DNA from: Octopus vulgaris
Lineage: Eukaryota
NCBI GenBank assembly: GCA_951406725.2
Contig: OX597817.1
Coordinates: forward strand, 61,318,001 to 61,382,000
Length of the DNA: 64,000 bases
Reading direction: 5' to 3'
Made by a program: the position numbers and the translations under genes. Of this stretch, positions 1-12,469 are shown one piece after another. Each line of letters starts with the position of its first letter. Positions within the stretch are counted from its first letter, which is position 1. Below the pieces are notes generated by a model. The model worked only from the letters and a program-made list of their open reading frames with translations. It did no database searches and was not told where the DNA came from.

Positions 1-862
1 ATACCAATAAATTATATATAACTTAGCATAGATATACTTGCCTAAGAAAGTCAAATGTCTATCAGCAGTAGATGGGAATCATTTAGCAGAGGCGGTATGA
101 TTGCTAAATCCAGATGTCTGTTTGATTTAGCATCCACTAGGAACTGCATACTGAAACATACGTAACCTCTACTGACATACAGAGAAACAGTGGTTGACAA
201 ATCACTGCTTTCGCAAATAGTCAGCTGATCAGATACAGTGTCTGCTTTTTTAGCACGATACGTCCATTATGCTTTCTCGAAACGAATAACGTAGTCTTCT
301 CGCTTTCTCATTTTCCCCGCTTTCTGCATTAAGTAAGATATACAGAAAGCCATTCTGAGCTAACTGCTTTCGTCACTAATAACGAATGTGTGTGTGTATA
401 TACATGTATACATGCCGGTCGTTGTCTCTTCTTCCCACTCCTCTCCTACGCTATCCTCATGGTTCTCTATTCTCTATCTTTCTATCATATCTTTGCTCCA
501 ATTTTTCACTTTTTCCGGTCCGATTCGAACCAGTCTCCCAGCTTTTAATGGATCTCCTCCAACGCCCCCGACTCAACCTAATAGTCTCACTCAAACCTAC
601 CCACTCACCCTGTCCCTTCTCACTCGGCCAACTAATATATCCAGCTGGATACAATAAAAAAATGCAAGATGCAGTTTGTTTTCCGCTCCGTCAAATCTGC
701 TTCCTCAAACCTACGTCCAAGAAATCTACCCAGGGGTGGAGAGGTAGACACACAGACAGACATATAGATATATAAGACTAACAAATAGACATATAGACAA
801 ACACACAAATAATAGGTAGTTACATTACTTATGCTGATAGATAGATAGATAGACAGACAGAC

Positions 863-1012
<150 letters not shown>

Positions 1013-1021
1013 TTTGTTGTA

Positions 1022-1180
1022 GTCTCCTGCAGTATCCATCTACCGAATCCACTGACAAGGCATTGGTCAACCGGAGCAAAAGAAAAAAAGACACTTGACC
1101 AAGGTGCCCCACATTGTGACTGAACGTGAAAACTTTGAAGTTGTAAAGCGAACTTCATAACCACACAGCGACGCCTATTC
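1022..1180 (-). mobile_element. SINE family A, degenerate 5' half
   Basis: Matches 3420-3575 and 22770-22925 (ATCCACT.ACAAGGC.TTGGTC...GACACTTG.CCAAGGTGCC). Confidence 0.8.
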
Positions 1181-1789
1181 ACATCGGTTGCAACAAACTG
1201 GCTTTCATGAGTCTAAAGCAAACGGCCGTTTCTGCACATTTTACCAAGTACGATCAATTATTTCTCAGAAGCAAATGATAGATCCGAAGAGAATTGGAAA
1301 TATAAGCAAAAACCATGTTTGCCATGCCGTGAGAATTAGAAAGAAATTCAAGAGAGGGAAGTGGGGGCCTTCATCGAAAAAGAAAGAAGTATACTCTTCT
1401 CCACCGTAAACTTAATCTCCATTTCATCGCACGCTGATTTACAATTTCTGCTGTTTATTTTTCCCATCCTATAAATCATCACAGGCCGAGCGTATTCGAG
1501 TGACGATCTTGACATCAAGAGAAAGCTGTTGTGAATGATGAAGGTTTAAATTAGTCTCAATCAACAATTCCCTTTTAGTCAACAACAGGATCCCACCCTC
1601 CTGTGCAATCAATATCTCCACACAATCCGCTTTCTAATTATGTGTTAATAGAATCACCAGAAAAAAAAAGGGGGACAGTAATTTATAATGCATTGGGAGT
1701 ATGAAGAAAGCGAAGCCCACTAACACTTGGAATTCTTTTATTTTCTTCGTGTAAATCTTCCATCTTAAGAATTAAATCTTACCAGGATA

Positions 1790-1985
1790 CGGTAGCGAGC
1801 TGGCAGAATCGTTTGTATGCCGGACAAAATCCTTAGCGGCAATTCTTCCGGCTCTTTACCTTCCGAGTTCAAATCCTGCCTTTCATCCATCCCGTTGGTA
1901 CGGATAGAATAAAATATGAGTCAAGAACCGGGTTTCGGTGTAATCGACTTGCCCCTCCCCTCCAAATTACCGGCTTTGAATCCTA
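1790..1985 (+). mobile_element. SINE family B (GGCGAGCTGGCAGAATCG head)
   Basis: A-box-like TGGCAGAATCG, B-box-like GAGTTCAAATCC, GCCTTTCATCC body; similar to 54020-54240 and 55728-55945. Confidence 0.85.
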
Positions 1986-2189
1986 GAAAGTCCCGTTTAG
2001 GGGGAATGTTGTGATTTCGGTCACTCAGACGCTATGGAAACCAGGAGACAGGAATTATGAGCCTCAAGACTGAATAAAAATAGCATACATAAGTAATAAT
2101 TTTATACATGCACATATACATACATACATACATATATATGCATATATATATATACACACACACACATATATATATATATATACACATAT

Positions 2190-2235
<46 letters not shown>

Positions 2236-2363
2236 ATATATATAATCTGTTGACGTTGCAACACATCGAAAGAGCAAAAACATCGGCGAAAAATCAATGG
2301 TCTCTGAACAAGTCCCTAGTTGCAGAACACTCCCCAACTCTCTATCACACACACACGCAAACA

Positions 2364-2411
<48 letters not shown>

Positions 2412-2826
2412 TGCACACCCATATACATACACATACAGAAGTTTACACGCATGCACACACACACTCATTCACACGTACTTATTCACACGCACACAAGCCA
2501 ATAGAAATGCAATGAATCAATGATTGGTCTGCCACCAATCTACATCCAACGACGCTATTGTTCACAGTTGCCATATATATATAAATTCTTTAAAGAATAT
2601 GTCTGCGAAATGAAGAGCGCTAATTTTTCTCAGCGAGTTTCGAAAATAACTCAACAACGACACGTGCGTCTTGTTGCTTTTCTCTATTCTTTGTCTCTTT
2701 TTCGTGTTTCCTTTCTATCATTACCATCTGCCAAGTAATTCTCGCAGCCAAGATCTACCCGAGGGGAAATTCACCGATCAACTTGGAATACGCTTCTTTC
2801 TTTATCATGTTTTCTTAACTGTTTTC

Positions 2827-2828
<2 letters not shown>

Positions 2829-2888
<60 letters not shown>

Positions 2889-2899
2889 CATCATTATTA

Positions 2900-2964
<65 letters not shown>
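2829..2964. repeat. (ATT)n microsatellite
   Basis: Directly visible. Confidence 0.97.
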
Positions 2965-3194
2965 GGTCCCGTCTCCTTGACGTAACAAAGAGAGAGTTAA
3001 TGATCGTGATGACAGTGATGATGAAAAGAAAAGAAGAGAATAGCAATGAAGAGGACGAGAAGAGAAGGTGGAAGAAGGGGTGAAGAAGAAGATGAATGAG
3101 AATAAGAAGACAAAGGGTTTCTCTACAGAACATACACAAGAAAGAAAAAAAAGCCCTGAAAGTTTTTAATGTAAAATATAAGATATAAGATATA

Positions 3195-3575
3195 CTCTTT
3201 TACTTGTTTCAGTCATTTGACTGCGGCCATGCTGGAGCACCGCCTTTTTAGTCGAGCAAATCGACCCCGGGACTTATTTTTTTGTAAGACCAGTACTTAT
3301 TTTGCCGAACCGCTAAGTGACGGCGACGTAAACACACCAGCATCGGTTGTCAAGCGATGTTGGGGGGACAAACACAGACACACAAACGCACACACACACA
3401 TATATATACATATATACGACAGGCTTCTTTCAGTTTCCGTCTACCAAATCCACTCACAAGGCTTTGGTCGGCCCGAGGCTATAGTAGACGACACGTGCCC
3501 AAGATGCCACGCAGTGGCACCGAACCCGGAACAATGTGGTTGGTAAGCAAGCTACTTACCACACAGCCACTCTTA
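3195..3575 (-). mobile_element. SINE family A, near full length (tRNA-derived head, internal TA/TG tract, CR1-like tail)
   Basis: Minus strand reads GTGGCTGTGTGGTAAG...CCGGGTTCGGTGCC (A/B-box-like) ... GGCGGTGCTCCAGCATGGCCGCAGTCAAATGACTGAAACAAGTAAAAGAG; many related copies in the window. Confidence 0.92.
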
Positions 3576-3658
3576 TATATTTTTAGATATCTGTAGACGA
3601 CGAAAATCGGGTAGAAACATACGTACATATATATATACATATATACATACATATATAT

Positions 3659-3773
<115 letters not shown>

Positions 3774-4239
3774 TTTAGTCTCTTGTCAACCGAATTCACT
3801 CAAAAGGCGATGGTCTGCCGCCCGGGCTTGCAGTTGCAGACACTTGCCTAAGAAGCCGCTCACTCAATCGGAACCCAAAACCTCGAGGCTGCAAAACGAG
3901 TTTCTTAAACACACAGCCATGCCAGTAATTTTATGTATGTATGTATGTATGCATAGATAGAGAGATAGATAGATATATAGATAAATAGATAACCACTCAC
4001 ACACATATATATTCACTTATACACATAAATATATATATAAATATATATGCATATGTATGTGTATATATACATACATATATATATGTATATAAATGTGTGT
4101 GTGTGTGTGTGTGTATACAGGTATGTATGTATATATATTTATATATATGTTTATATGTGTATACATGTACATATATTCAAGTATACACACATAAACATCT
4201 TGGAGAAAAGAACCGAAACGACGCGAGGTCGCTCAGTCA

Positions 4240-4332
4240 TATAATAATTTAAATAAAATATATGCATACATACATACATATGTACGTACCTACATCTATA
4301 TGTATATATACATGCATATATATATATATATG

Positions 4333-4400
<68 letters not shown>

Positions 4401-4600
4401 TACAGGACACCACAAATAAACGTAGAACACAACGAGAAACGAAAACATAAAAACAAACCAAGAAACGGACTTTTTTAACAACGAAAAAACAGAGTACAAG
4501 GAATATTCCCCTTCATCAGCTGTCCCTGATTCGACTCAATGCGTGTTTCGAAGGTAAGGACAGAACACGATCCGGTCGAAGCAGCCCTTTCTGCAAAAGA
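4240..4600 (-). repeat. Dispersed repeat, inverted relative of 9010-9270
   Basis: Reverse complement aligns with 9010-9270 (CCTTCGAAAC...CTGA(T/A)GAAGGG...TGGTGTCCTGTAC). Confidence 0.75.
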
Positions 4601-4602
4601 AT

Positions 4603-4640
<38 letters not shown>

Positions 4641-4689
4641 TACATACATACACACACACACATATAGATATGTATATATATAAACACAG

Positions 4690-5150
4690 GTACAGGGGTG
4701 GGTTTTCCTTCCCAACCACAACGTTCCGGGTTCAGTCGCGCTGCCTGACACCTTGAGCATCTGTCTTCTACTATAGCCTCGGGCCGAGCAAAGCGTTGTG
4801 AGTGGATCTGGTTGACGGAAACCGAAAAGAAACCCTTCGTATGTGTGTGTGTTTGTGTGTGTGTGTGTGTGAGCGTGGGTGCGTGCGAGCGTGTGCGTGT
4901 GTATATGTCTGTATATGTCTATGTGAGTGAGTATTTGTCTACGTATTTCTCACTCCATCACAGCTTGACAACCGGTGTTGCTGTGTTTACGTCCCTATAA
5001 TCTAGCGGTTCGGGGAACATCCACTAGAACAAGTACTAGGCTTAAGAAAGAAATACATCGTGGGGCCGGTTTCTTCGACTAAAACTCTTCGAGGCGGTGC
5101 TCTAACATGCCCGCAAACAAATGACTGAAAGAGGTAAAAGAATTAAAGAA
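4690..5150 (+). mobile_element. SINE family A, near full length
   Basis: GGGTTCAGTC B-box-like motif, GTCTTCTACTATAGCCTCGGGCCGA body, internal (TG)n, GGCGGTGCTC...ATGACTGAAA tail. Confidence 0.9.
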
Positions 5151-5178
5151 TAAAATAATACATACATATACACATACA

Positions 5179-5214
<36 letters not shown>

Positions 5215-5217
5215 TAC

Positions 5218-5256
<39 letters not shown>

Positions 5257-5385
5257 CATACACTCATGCAAGCAACCACACGCACACACATACTTGTATG
5301 TGTAAGAGAGAATACTTCTATTTATAAATGTACGTTCCTTCTCTTCCCTGAAGTGTAGTTTACTTGTAATTATACATGAAACTAG

Positions 5386-5460
<75 letters not shown>

Positions 5461-5510
5461 GAGAGAGATAGATATACATATGCATACATATATGTGCATA
5501 TATATATATA

Positions 5511-5558
<48 letters not shown>

Positions 5559-5574
5559 CATATATATATGCACA

Positions 5575-5608
<34 letters not shown>

Positions 5609-6102
5609 TATATGTATACATACATATGCATGTACATATATATGTATGTTTAGATGCAGAGAATGTGTGTCTAGATATATAAGTGTGTGTGTGTGCGCAC
5701 ACGCACATACACATACACACACAAACTCTGCATGTTGCGACAAGTAAATCTCTCTCTCACCTCATTCCGTCTCTCAAGTCATGCTGACCTTAAACTAAAA
5801 ATATGCTAATAAGAAAAAATACTACTTTACTATAGACACCGGGGTATTACCTACCCGTTTTGTACCGCCAGCCACCAGAACTATTTATTTCAATGAGAAA
5901 AATCTCTGATCAAAACTGGTGCTGCGCACTCGCTTAAATTTCTTACGCCATTCTGAGTCTCATTTAGTTAGCTATAACATGATATGCAAATTTGTCTATT
6001 GGTACGCTATCGTAAGCATGGAATGCGTAGATGTGTAAACCAGCTCGTTTGCATTTACTTGCATATATACACACTCACATACACACACACACACACATAT
6101 AC

Positions 6103-6153
<51 letters not shown>

Positions 6154-6218
6154 TCCTGGAAAGAAAAATATATATTGGAAGTATGTATCACATAGTCGCA
6201 TATATATGCAGACACACA

Positions 6219-6257
<39 letters not shown>

Positions 6258-6584
6258 ATGTTTGTGTGTGTGCGTGTATGTGTTTGTGTGAATGTCTATA
6301 TGTGTGTGTGTTATGCATGCTATATACGTACGTATGGCACACGCACATATCTAAAGGTGCAGAACCTATCTATAAACGTTACTCAAATCCATTCTCCTGA
6401 AATTCTGCTCCGCGCAATAAATGGAACAACCGTATTTCTCTTCCTGGCCGTCATATGCTTGATATTTCATTGAGTTCAGTCTATGACCACCTTTGAGGTG
6501 TCTCCATCTATTTGCGACAACACAGGCACCTAAAATTATTAACGGAACCGAGGTACACACATCCAGCACAAGGTCCAGTCTTTG

Positions 6585-6960
6585 TCGGGGTGGGGCTTCT
6601 GTTCCTCAATGATTCCGAAAGTCAGATTCTGGTAGGGTTTTCCATGCTGAACAGGTTAAAGTAAAGAGGCCAAACCAATATGGACCAACACTTCCCTGAG
6701 GTAAAATTGGGTTTGCGTTGAACCGACTCCTACCTAGAACAAAACAAAGTTACAGGAGGATCGATGGCAATTCGAAACCAAAAACGGAAAGCTGGAAGAG
6801 GAAAGCTTTCTGCCAAGGAAGTATATGACGTGGTGCATCAAAATTCGAAAAGAAAGCAGGGATCCAACTGTAGAGAAGCAGAAAAGACTGCCCAGGGTTG
6901 AGAAAGGGAAGAAAAATCCATCGACGGCTTATATGTCAATGGGGAGTGAAGGGCTTCAGG
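6585..6960 (+). mobile_element. Short internally deleted RTE-clade derivative (5' UTR fused to 3' end)
   Basis: 5' part GGGGTGGGGCTTCTGTTCCTCAATGA...CTGGTAGGG...CCATGCTGAACAGGT resembles RTE 5' UTRs as I recall them; 3' part encodes a decayed AQ...W...DGL...GSEG RTE C-terminus. Confidence 0.55.
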
Positions 6961-7362
6961 TAAATGTGGTACATACATTCAAGTGATGCTGGTGAGTGAC
7001 AGCAATGATTTTGGACATTTGTACGTGTACGAGTGTTTGTTTATGGAGAAATATTAAAAGATCCAAGGAGGAAAGATCGAAAAAATGGAGTAAAAATGCG
7101 ATCAACTCCCCACTGTCTTTTCCACCATCGTTCTTCTCTCGTCAGCTCTGCTTTCGCTCTTTCATTTTTCACTGTGATTCCCCTACAGGCCATACAGTGA
7201 TTCCATATCTCTGTTGTATTTGATGTTTCTTTAGAATCCGCATTCTGTCTTTCAAAAAACACTTTGGTTTGCGTTGGTTTCTTTTATTCTTCATTATTTC
7301 TATTGTTCCTTTTCCATTCTTATTTCTCCTGTTCGCTTAACTATAAAGGTGAGCGAATAAGA

Positions 7363-7745
7363 ATACAAGCGTTACAGAATATAGTAGGAAAGATCCGGGC
7401 TGCATATGTTTCCTCGCGTGTAGAACCTCAGAAATGGTAAAATCCAAGTGAGGTGCATACCTATAGCTACTATTCAGGCCAAGGATATCTTGATTAGATT
7501 AAAAGTTCGATTGTTGCAAGGAGGTACAGGTTGACGCATGCAAGATTGAACCACGCATTCTGATTGAATCCTCCTTGCATGTAACTCCTTGAGACGATGG
7601 AACTTTCAATCTAATCAAGATATCCTTGGCCTGAAGAGTAACAGTTCGGTATACACCTCACTTGGATTTTACCATTTCTGAGGTTCCGCTCGCAATGAAA
7701 TATATGTAGTCCGGATGTCTCTTACTCCATTCCGTAACTTTTGTG
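7363..7745. repeat. Long imperfect inverted repeat (fold-back, arms ~165 bp)
   Basis: GAACCTCAGAAATGGTAAAATCCAAGTGAGGTG and TTCAGGCCAAGGATATCTTGATTAGATT in the left arm occur as exact reverse complements in the right arm. Confidence 0.92.
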
Positions 7746-7814
<69 letters not shown>

Positions 7815-7903
7815 CTATTAATACACACACACACACATACACACATATATATATATATACATACATACATACATACATACATACATACATACATACATCA
7901 TAC

Positions 7904-7947
<44 letters not shown>

Positions 7948-8370
7948 TATTGATCAAACACTCAGGACAGACTCGCACACACACACACTCATAGTAGTAT
8001 GTAATGTAAACATATTAGCTGTGAGGATGAGTCGATGAGTCTATTACCTGAACAGAAGTCAGAGTTCTGTAGGCCCTGCCCCTCATTATAGTAATATTTT
8101 CGAAGAATTTGTTACAATAACACGGTATATAGAAACAGCTGAGAAAATACTCATAACGAAAATAGTGAAAGCAGTTTCTTAGTTTTTATATAGCTTTTCT
8201 TTGCTGTTAGTATTGTGTAACGGTTACAGACCCCCTCCCCCCACACACACTCATATGCGTATATACAGTCGTATGAATATATGTAGGTATGTATACATTA
8301 ATTTTCATATTTATTTCTAATACATCTCACTCATACACACATACACATGTATGTGTATTGGCGTGAGAGT

Positions 8371-8401
<31 letters not shown>

Positions 8402-8463
8402 TATATATGTATATATATATATGTATGTGTACGTAGGTGTATATGTATCTATCTATTAATGTT

Positions 8464-8522
<59 letters not shown>

Positions 8523-8834
8523 TATATACTAGATATGTATATATATATATGTATGTGTACGTAGGTGTATATGTATCTATCTATTAATATATATATATTC
8601 TTGCAATAAAAAAAAATACAAATTAGATTGAATTATATAAAATAAATGTATAAAAATCTCTCTCTCAGCGATTCTCTCCCCTTGAAGGAAATTTCTCCCC
8701 ACTCCTTTTATTTGTTAGAAAACCCTATTTCTCTCCGCCTCTTTAACTAAAAACAACTGCTGATGGCAACAGCCGCGGTCACCAGCCAAATTTCATATGT
8801 GTGTGTGTGTGTGTGTGTGTGTACGTATGTATGT

Positions 8835-8948
8835 ATATATCGTTCAAATTAACAGAAAACAAAAGACATAGACAGGTGAAGGAACAACAATCAGGTGTAT
8901 TTAGTTTAACGCTCGGGAAAAATGGAAAAGTCTTTTACGTTTCGAGCC
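8835..8948 (-). mobile_element. Penelope-like terminal repeat fragment, truncated within the hammerhead motif
   Basis: Minus strand GGCTCGAAACGTAAAAGAC...TTCCCGAGCGTTAAACTAAATAC; same downstream motif as the copies at 23407 and 43711. Confidence 0.6.
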
Positions 8949-8963
8949 AACAACATACTTATA

Positions 8964-9004
<41 letters not shown>

Positions 9005-9009
9005 CATAT

Positions 9010-9263
9010 ATCACCTTCGAAACGCAGAGTAGATGAAACCATGGCGACTGAAGAAGGGAAATTTTCTTTGTGTTATTTGTCCTGTACTCTATTTTTTTGT
9101 TGTTTAAGAAAAATGTCCTGTTCCTTGGTTTTGTGTTTATGTTTTCGTTTCTCATTGTGTTCGACGTTTTTTGGTGTCCTGTACCTATATATGCGTGTAT
9201 ATATACATGTAGAGGTAGGTACGTACATATATGTATATATATATGCATATGTTTTATTTATTA

Positions 9264-9270
<7 letters not shown>
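9010..9270 (+). repeat. Dispersed repeat, relative of 4240-4600
   Basis: Aligns by eye with the reverse complement of 4240-4560. Confidence 0.75.
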
Positions 9271-9328
<58 letters not shown>

Positions 9329-9539
9329 GGCTTTCTTCCAAGGAATCTAATGCGCTTGGCTTAGATTTTCCTTTGGGGCTGCCCAGGTCGGAGCAATCTC
9401 AAGATTAATCAGCCGAAATTGCGAAGATGATCCGGTTCTTGACTGAAGATTGAAGGCTTCGAATGTCCCGTCCGTGTTTTTTGTGTCGTCTTCTAAATGT
9501 TTCACGTTCTTGTCCCAGTTTGTATATTTTTTTTACTTT

Positions 9540-9589
<50 letters not shown>

Positions 9590-9625
9590 CGCGCGCGCGT
9601 GTGTGTGTATGTGTGTGCATACCTA

Positions 9626-9760
9626 CAGGTTGATTCAAAAGTCACCATTCATAGGAAAAATTAATTTTTTTTATAAGAAACAGTTAAATAAAAAAAAACT
9701 GTTTCTTATAAAAAAAATTAATAAATTGTTCTTATGTATGGCGACTTTTGAATCACCCTG
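9626..9760. mobile_element. Tc1/mariner-type MITE (135 bp, nearly fully palindromic, TA-flanked)
   Basis: TA|CAGGTTGATTCAAAAGTCACCAT ... ATGGCGACTTTTGAATCACCCTG|TA; inner arms TTATAAGAAACAGTT / AACTGTTTCTTATAA. Confidence 0.88.
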
Positions 9761-10184
9761 TAATATATATGTAATTTATCTGTATGTGTGTGTCGTTTTG
9801 TCTGTGGTTTTGTCCCACCAGCTTCAAACCAGTGGTGTTTGAAATTTAGTACAAATCGGAAGGTTTTAGTTTCGATTCATATACTACGTTCTCTTATCCG
9901 GGATACCGGATAAACCAACAGCCGGGCATGAAGTACAGATGAGGGTAGCAGTATCAAACTCGCTCATACATCAAGTGGCCCAGGAACCAAAGGAGTAGTG
10001 ATATGAAATTCCACCACTCTGAAGAAATCAGCCAAAAAAGTATGGCATATAAAAGTACAAAATAACAGTTATGCTCCAGCATGACCGCAGACGCACAGCT
10101 GAAACGAATAAAGAATGAAAGAATACTCACTTTAACTGAAATATATATCAACCGAAAGTGCTGATAATGCTCTCTCTGACTCCC

Positions 10185-10229
<45 letters not shown>

Positions 10230-10598
10230 ACTCTCTTCAGCATTTGTGACACGCTGTATGATACATTGGGCCAAATTCGCAAGGGCCGACTGAGTGTTTG
10301 TATCTAATCGCCACTGCCCAATGGCCTTAAACTCTTAGCGAAAACAATGCGTGCTAACGAGTCTTCCTTGATTCGAGGCGATGCTTGTAATTATACACTC
10401 ACAAACACACACATACACGCAATTACATACACACAAGACACATACACACACATACATACACACACATATATATATATACATACATGAATAAATATATTCA
10501 TATGTACATATATATTTATAGATACGTACAGCTACATATATTTTTGTGTGTATATTATATATGTGCATATGTAGCTATACATATTTAATATATACTTG

Positions 10599-10639
<41 letters not shown>

Positions 10640-10944
10640 ATTTATGCATATATACATATTTATACACAAGCATAAGCAACAATACTCGTGACCTAGAAAT
10701 AGCAAACATGTGCAGAATGAAATAATTTAAGTACAACCAAAAACTAAATTAGGATTATCAGCCAAAATTAATTAGGTCTTCCCGTTTCTTCATTAGAATG
10801 AAGTCTGTACAATTTACTGAAGACCTAAAAATAATAAGCTGTTCAGCGTTTTTGCGTGGTGGATGCGCGTGTATATCTCTATGTGTGCGTCTGACTGTGT
10901 AACACAAGCGTGTAAATCATTCTATATCATTTTTATATAATATA

Positions 10945-10976
<32 letters not shown>

Positions 10977-10984
10977 GCCTGTGA

Positions 10985-11268
10985 TTTCAAAGAAAAAGGT
11001 CATGTAAAAGGAGAAGAAAGGGGACTCTCTACACCCCCTTTTTTTTTGACCAGGCTCCCGTTGGCTTTTGTAGGGTTTTTTCCACCAGGAACCTTTCGAG
11101 ACGTCTCCCCCTTTTGGGAGTTTTTCATTGTTGAATTTTATAAGTTGTTATAAAGATTTTTACTCGATGTTTTTAAAAAAACGGCAAAACCCTTTGTAAC
11201 CTTTCGTCCTGTCTTGTCCCTTTATGTAATCATGCGTGTCAGCCCTTGTGGCCAATAAAAAAGAATTG
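10985..11268 (+). mobile_element. LINE 3' UTR (Tx1/L1-like family) inserted in (ATT)n
   Basis: Ends GCCCTTGTGGCCAATAAAAAAGAA, as at 33165 (-) and 50161 (+); ATT tracts on both sides. Confidence 0.6.
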
Positions 11269-11318
<50 letters not shown>

Positions 11319-11324
11319 CATTAG

Positions 11325-11672
11325 CATCTTCTTTCAGTTCTGTTTTCATTTCTTGCCGAGTGTCTTCCTGACACCTAGGGCAGAGAAACGTGTTGTATAC
11401 ATTGGTAGGCCATTAGAACATGCACACTAGATTGTTCTTTTACAGAGTCATGCGACAGAGAAAAAGAGGAAAACAGAAAAAGGACAAAATTTTAAAAAAA
11501 ACAGAAAAAGAAACAAATAAACTAAAAGGGGGGAAAAGAAAAGAAAATTTACAGCGACAATGCTCTCTTCTCAATACGTGTGACCAGTTACCAGTTAAGG
11601 CAATCTTTTGCACTTTTGCACTTCTTGCATGGATGGTAACCAAGGGAGCATTATTAAATAATTTTCAGTTCC

Positions 11673-11675
<3 letters not shown>
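11325..11675 (-). mobile_element. R4/Dong-type LINE 3' end
   Basis: Minus strand VQKIALTG..HVLRR C-terminus; 3' UTR shared with 11765-11830 (ACACCTAGGGCAGAGAA); ends in (TAA)n. Confidence 0.8.
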
Positions 11676-11726
<51 letters not shown>

Positions 11727-11764
11727 GTTATTGTTATTGTTATTGTTGTTGTTGTTGTTGTTTT

Positions 11765-12270
11765 TCCTTCTTTTTCAAATTTTCTCCCATTTCTCGCCGA
11801 GTGTTTTCCGTACACCTAGGGCAGAGAAGCTCATTGCATGCATTCCCAGATTACACACGCAAATTCACAGGTAAAATATGTATTTAAAAAAATTAATAAA
11901 TAAATAAATTCATGGATGGATGTTATTTTCACAGCGATAATGCTCTTCTCAGTACATGTGTAGTTCCAGTTAACACGATTTTTTGCAATTCCTGTAGGGA
12001 TGGTAAGCCTGGTATCATTTTCAAGTAGGTTTCAGTACCTTTTTTTATCATTCCTAGAGATCCTACAATCACTGGTACTGTAGTCGCCTTGAGATGCCAC
12101 ATTTTTTTTCAATTTCTATTAGCAAGTATTTATATTTACTGATCTTGTCAAATTCTTTCGCTGCTATATTTATGCAAGGAATACTCATGTCAATTAATAA
12201 ACACACCTTTTTGTCTGATCTTTTATAATAATATCCGGTTTATTAGCTTTTATAGTTTTGTCGGTATGTA
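11765..12270 (-). mobile_element. R4/Dong-type LINE, RLE endonuclease fragment
   Basis: Minus strand TDKTIKANKPDII...LLIDMSIP...KEFDKISKYK...MWHLKATTVPVIVGSLG...ELQKIVLTGTTHVLRRALS. Confidence 0.9.
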
Positions 12271-12469
12271 CGGGGATCGATTCATTCGACTAAAAATCAT
12301 TTAAGGCGATGCCCCAGCATGACCGCAGTTTAATGACTGAAAGAAGTAAAAGATAAAACATAGTGAACTAAGAAAATGTGCACAAACATACGCATTGATA
12401 CATATACATATATTTGTGATAAGGTATACACACACGCACGCACACACATGTAAGTTGATTCCCAACATA

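Noticed and set aside
102-132. Small hairpin TGCTAAATC-CAGA..TCTG..GATTTAGCA
   Set aside because: Too short for a pre-miRNA and likely by chance; no other support.
4505-4585. GAAAC and CTGATGA boxes (also 9019-9054) resembling a permuted hammerhead
   Set aside because: I could not form stems I and III in either copy; left as an unclassified dispersed repeat.
8390-8590. Local ~70-bp direct duplication
   Set aside because: Ordinary slippage duplication between TA tracts.
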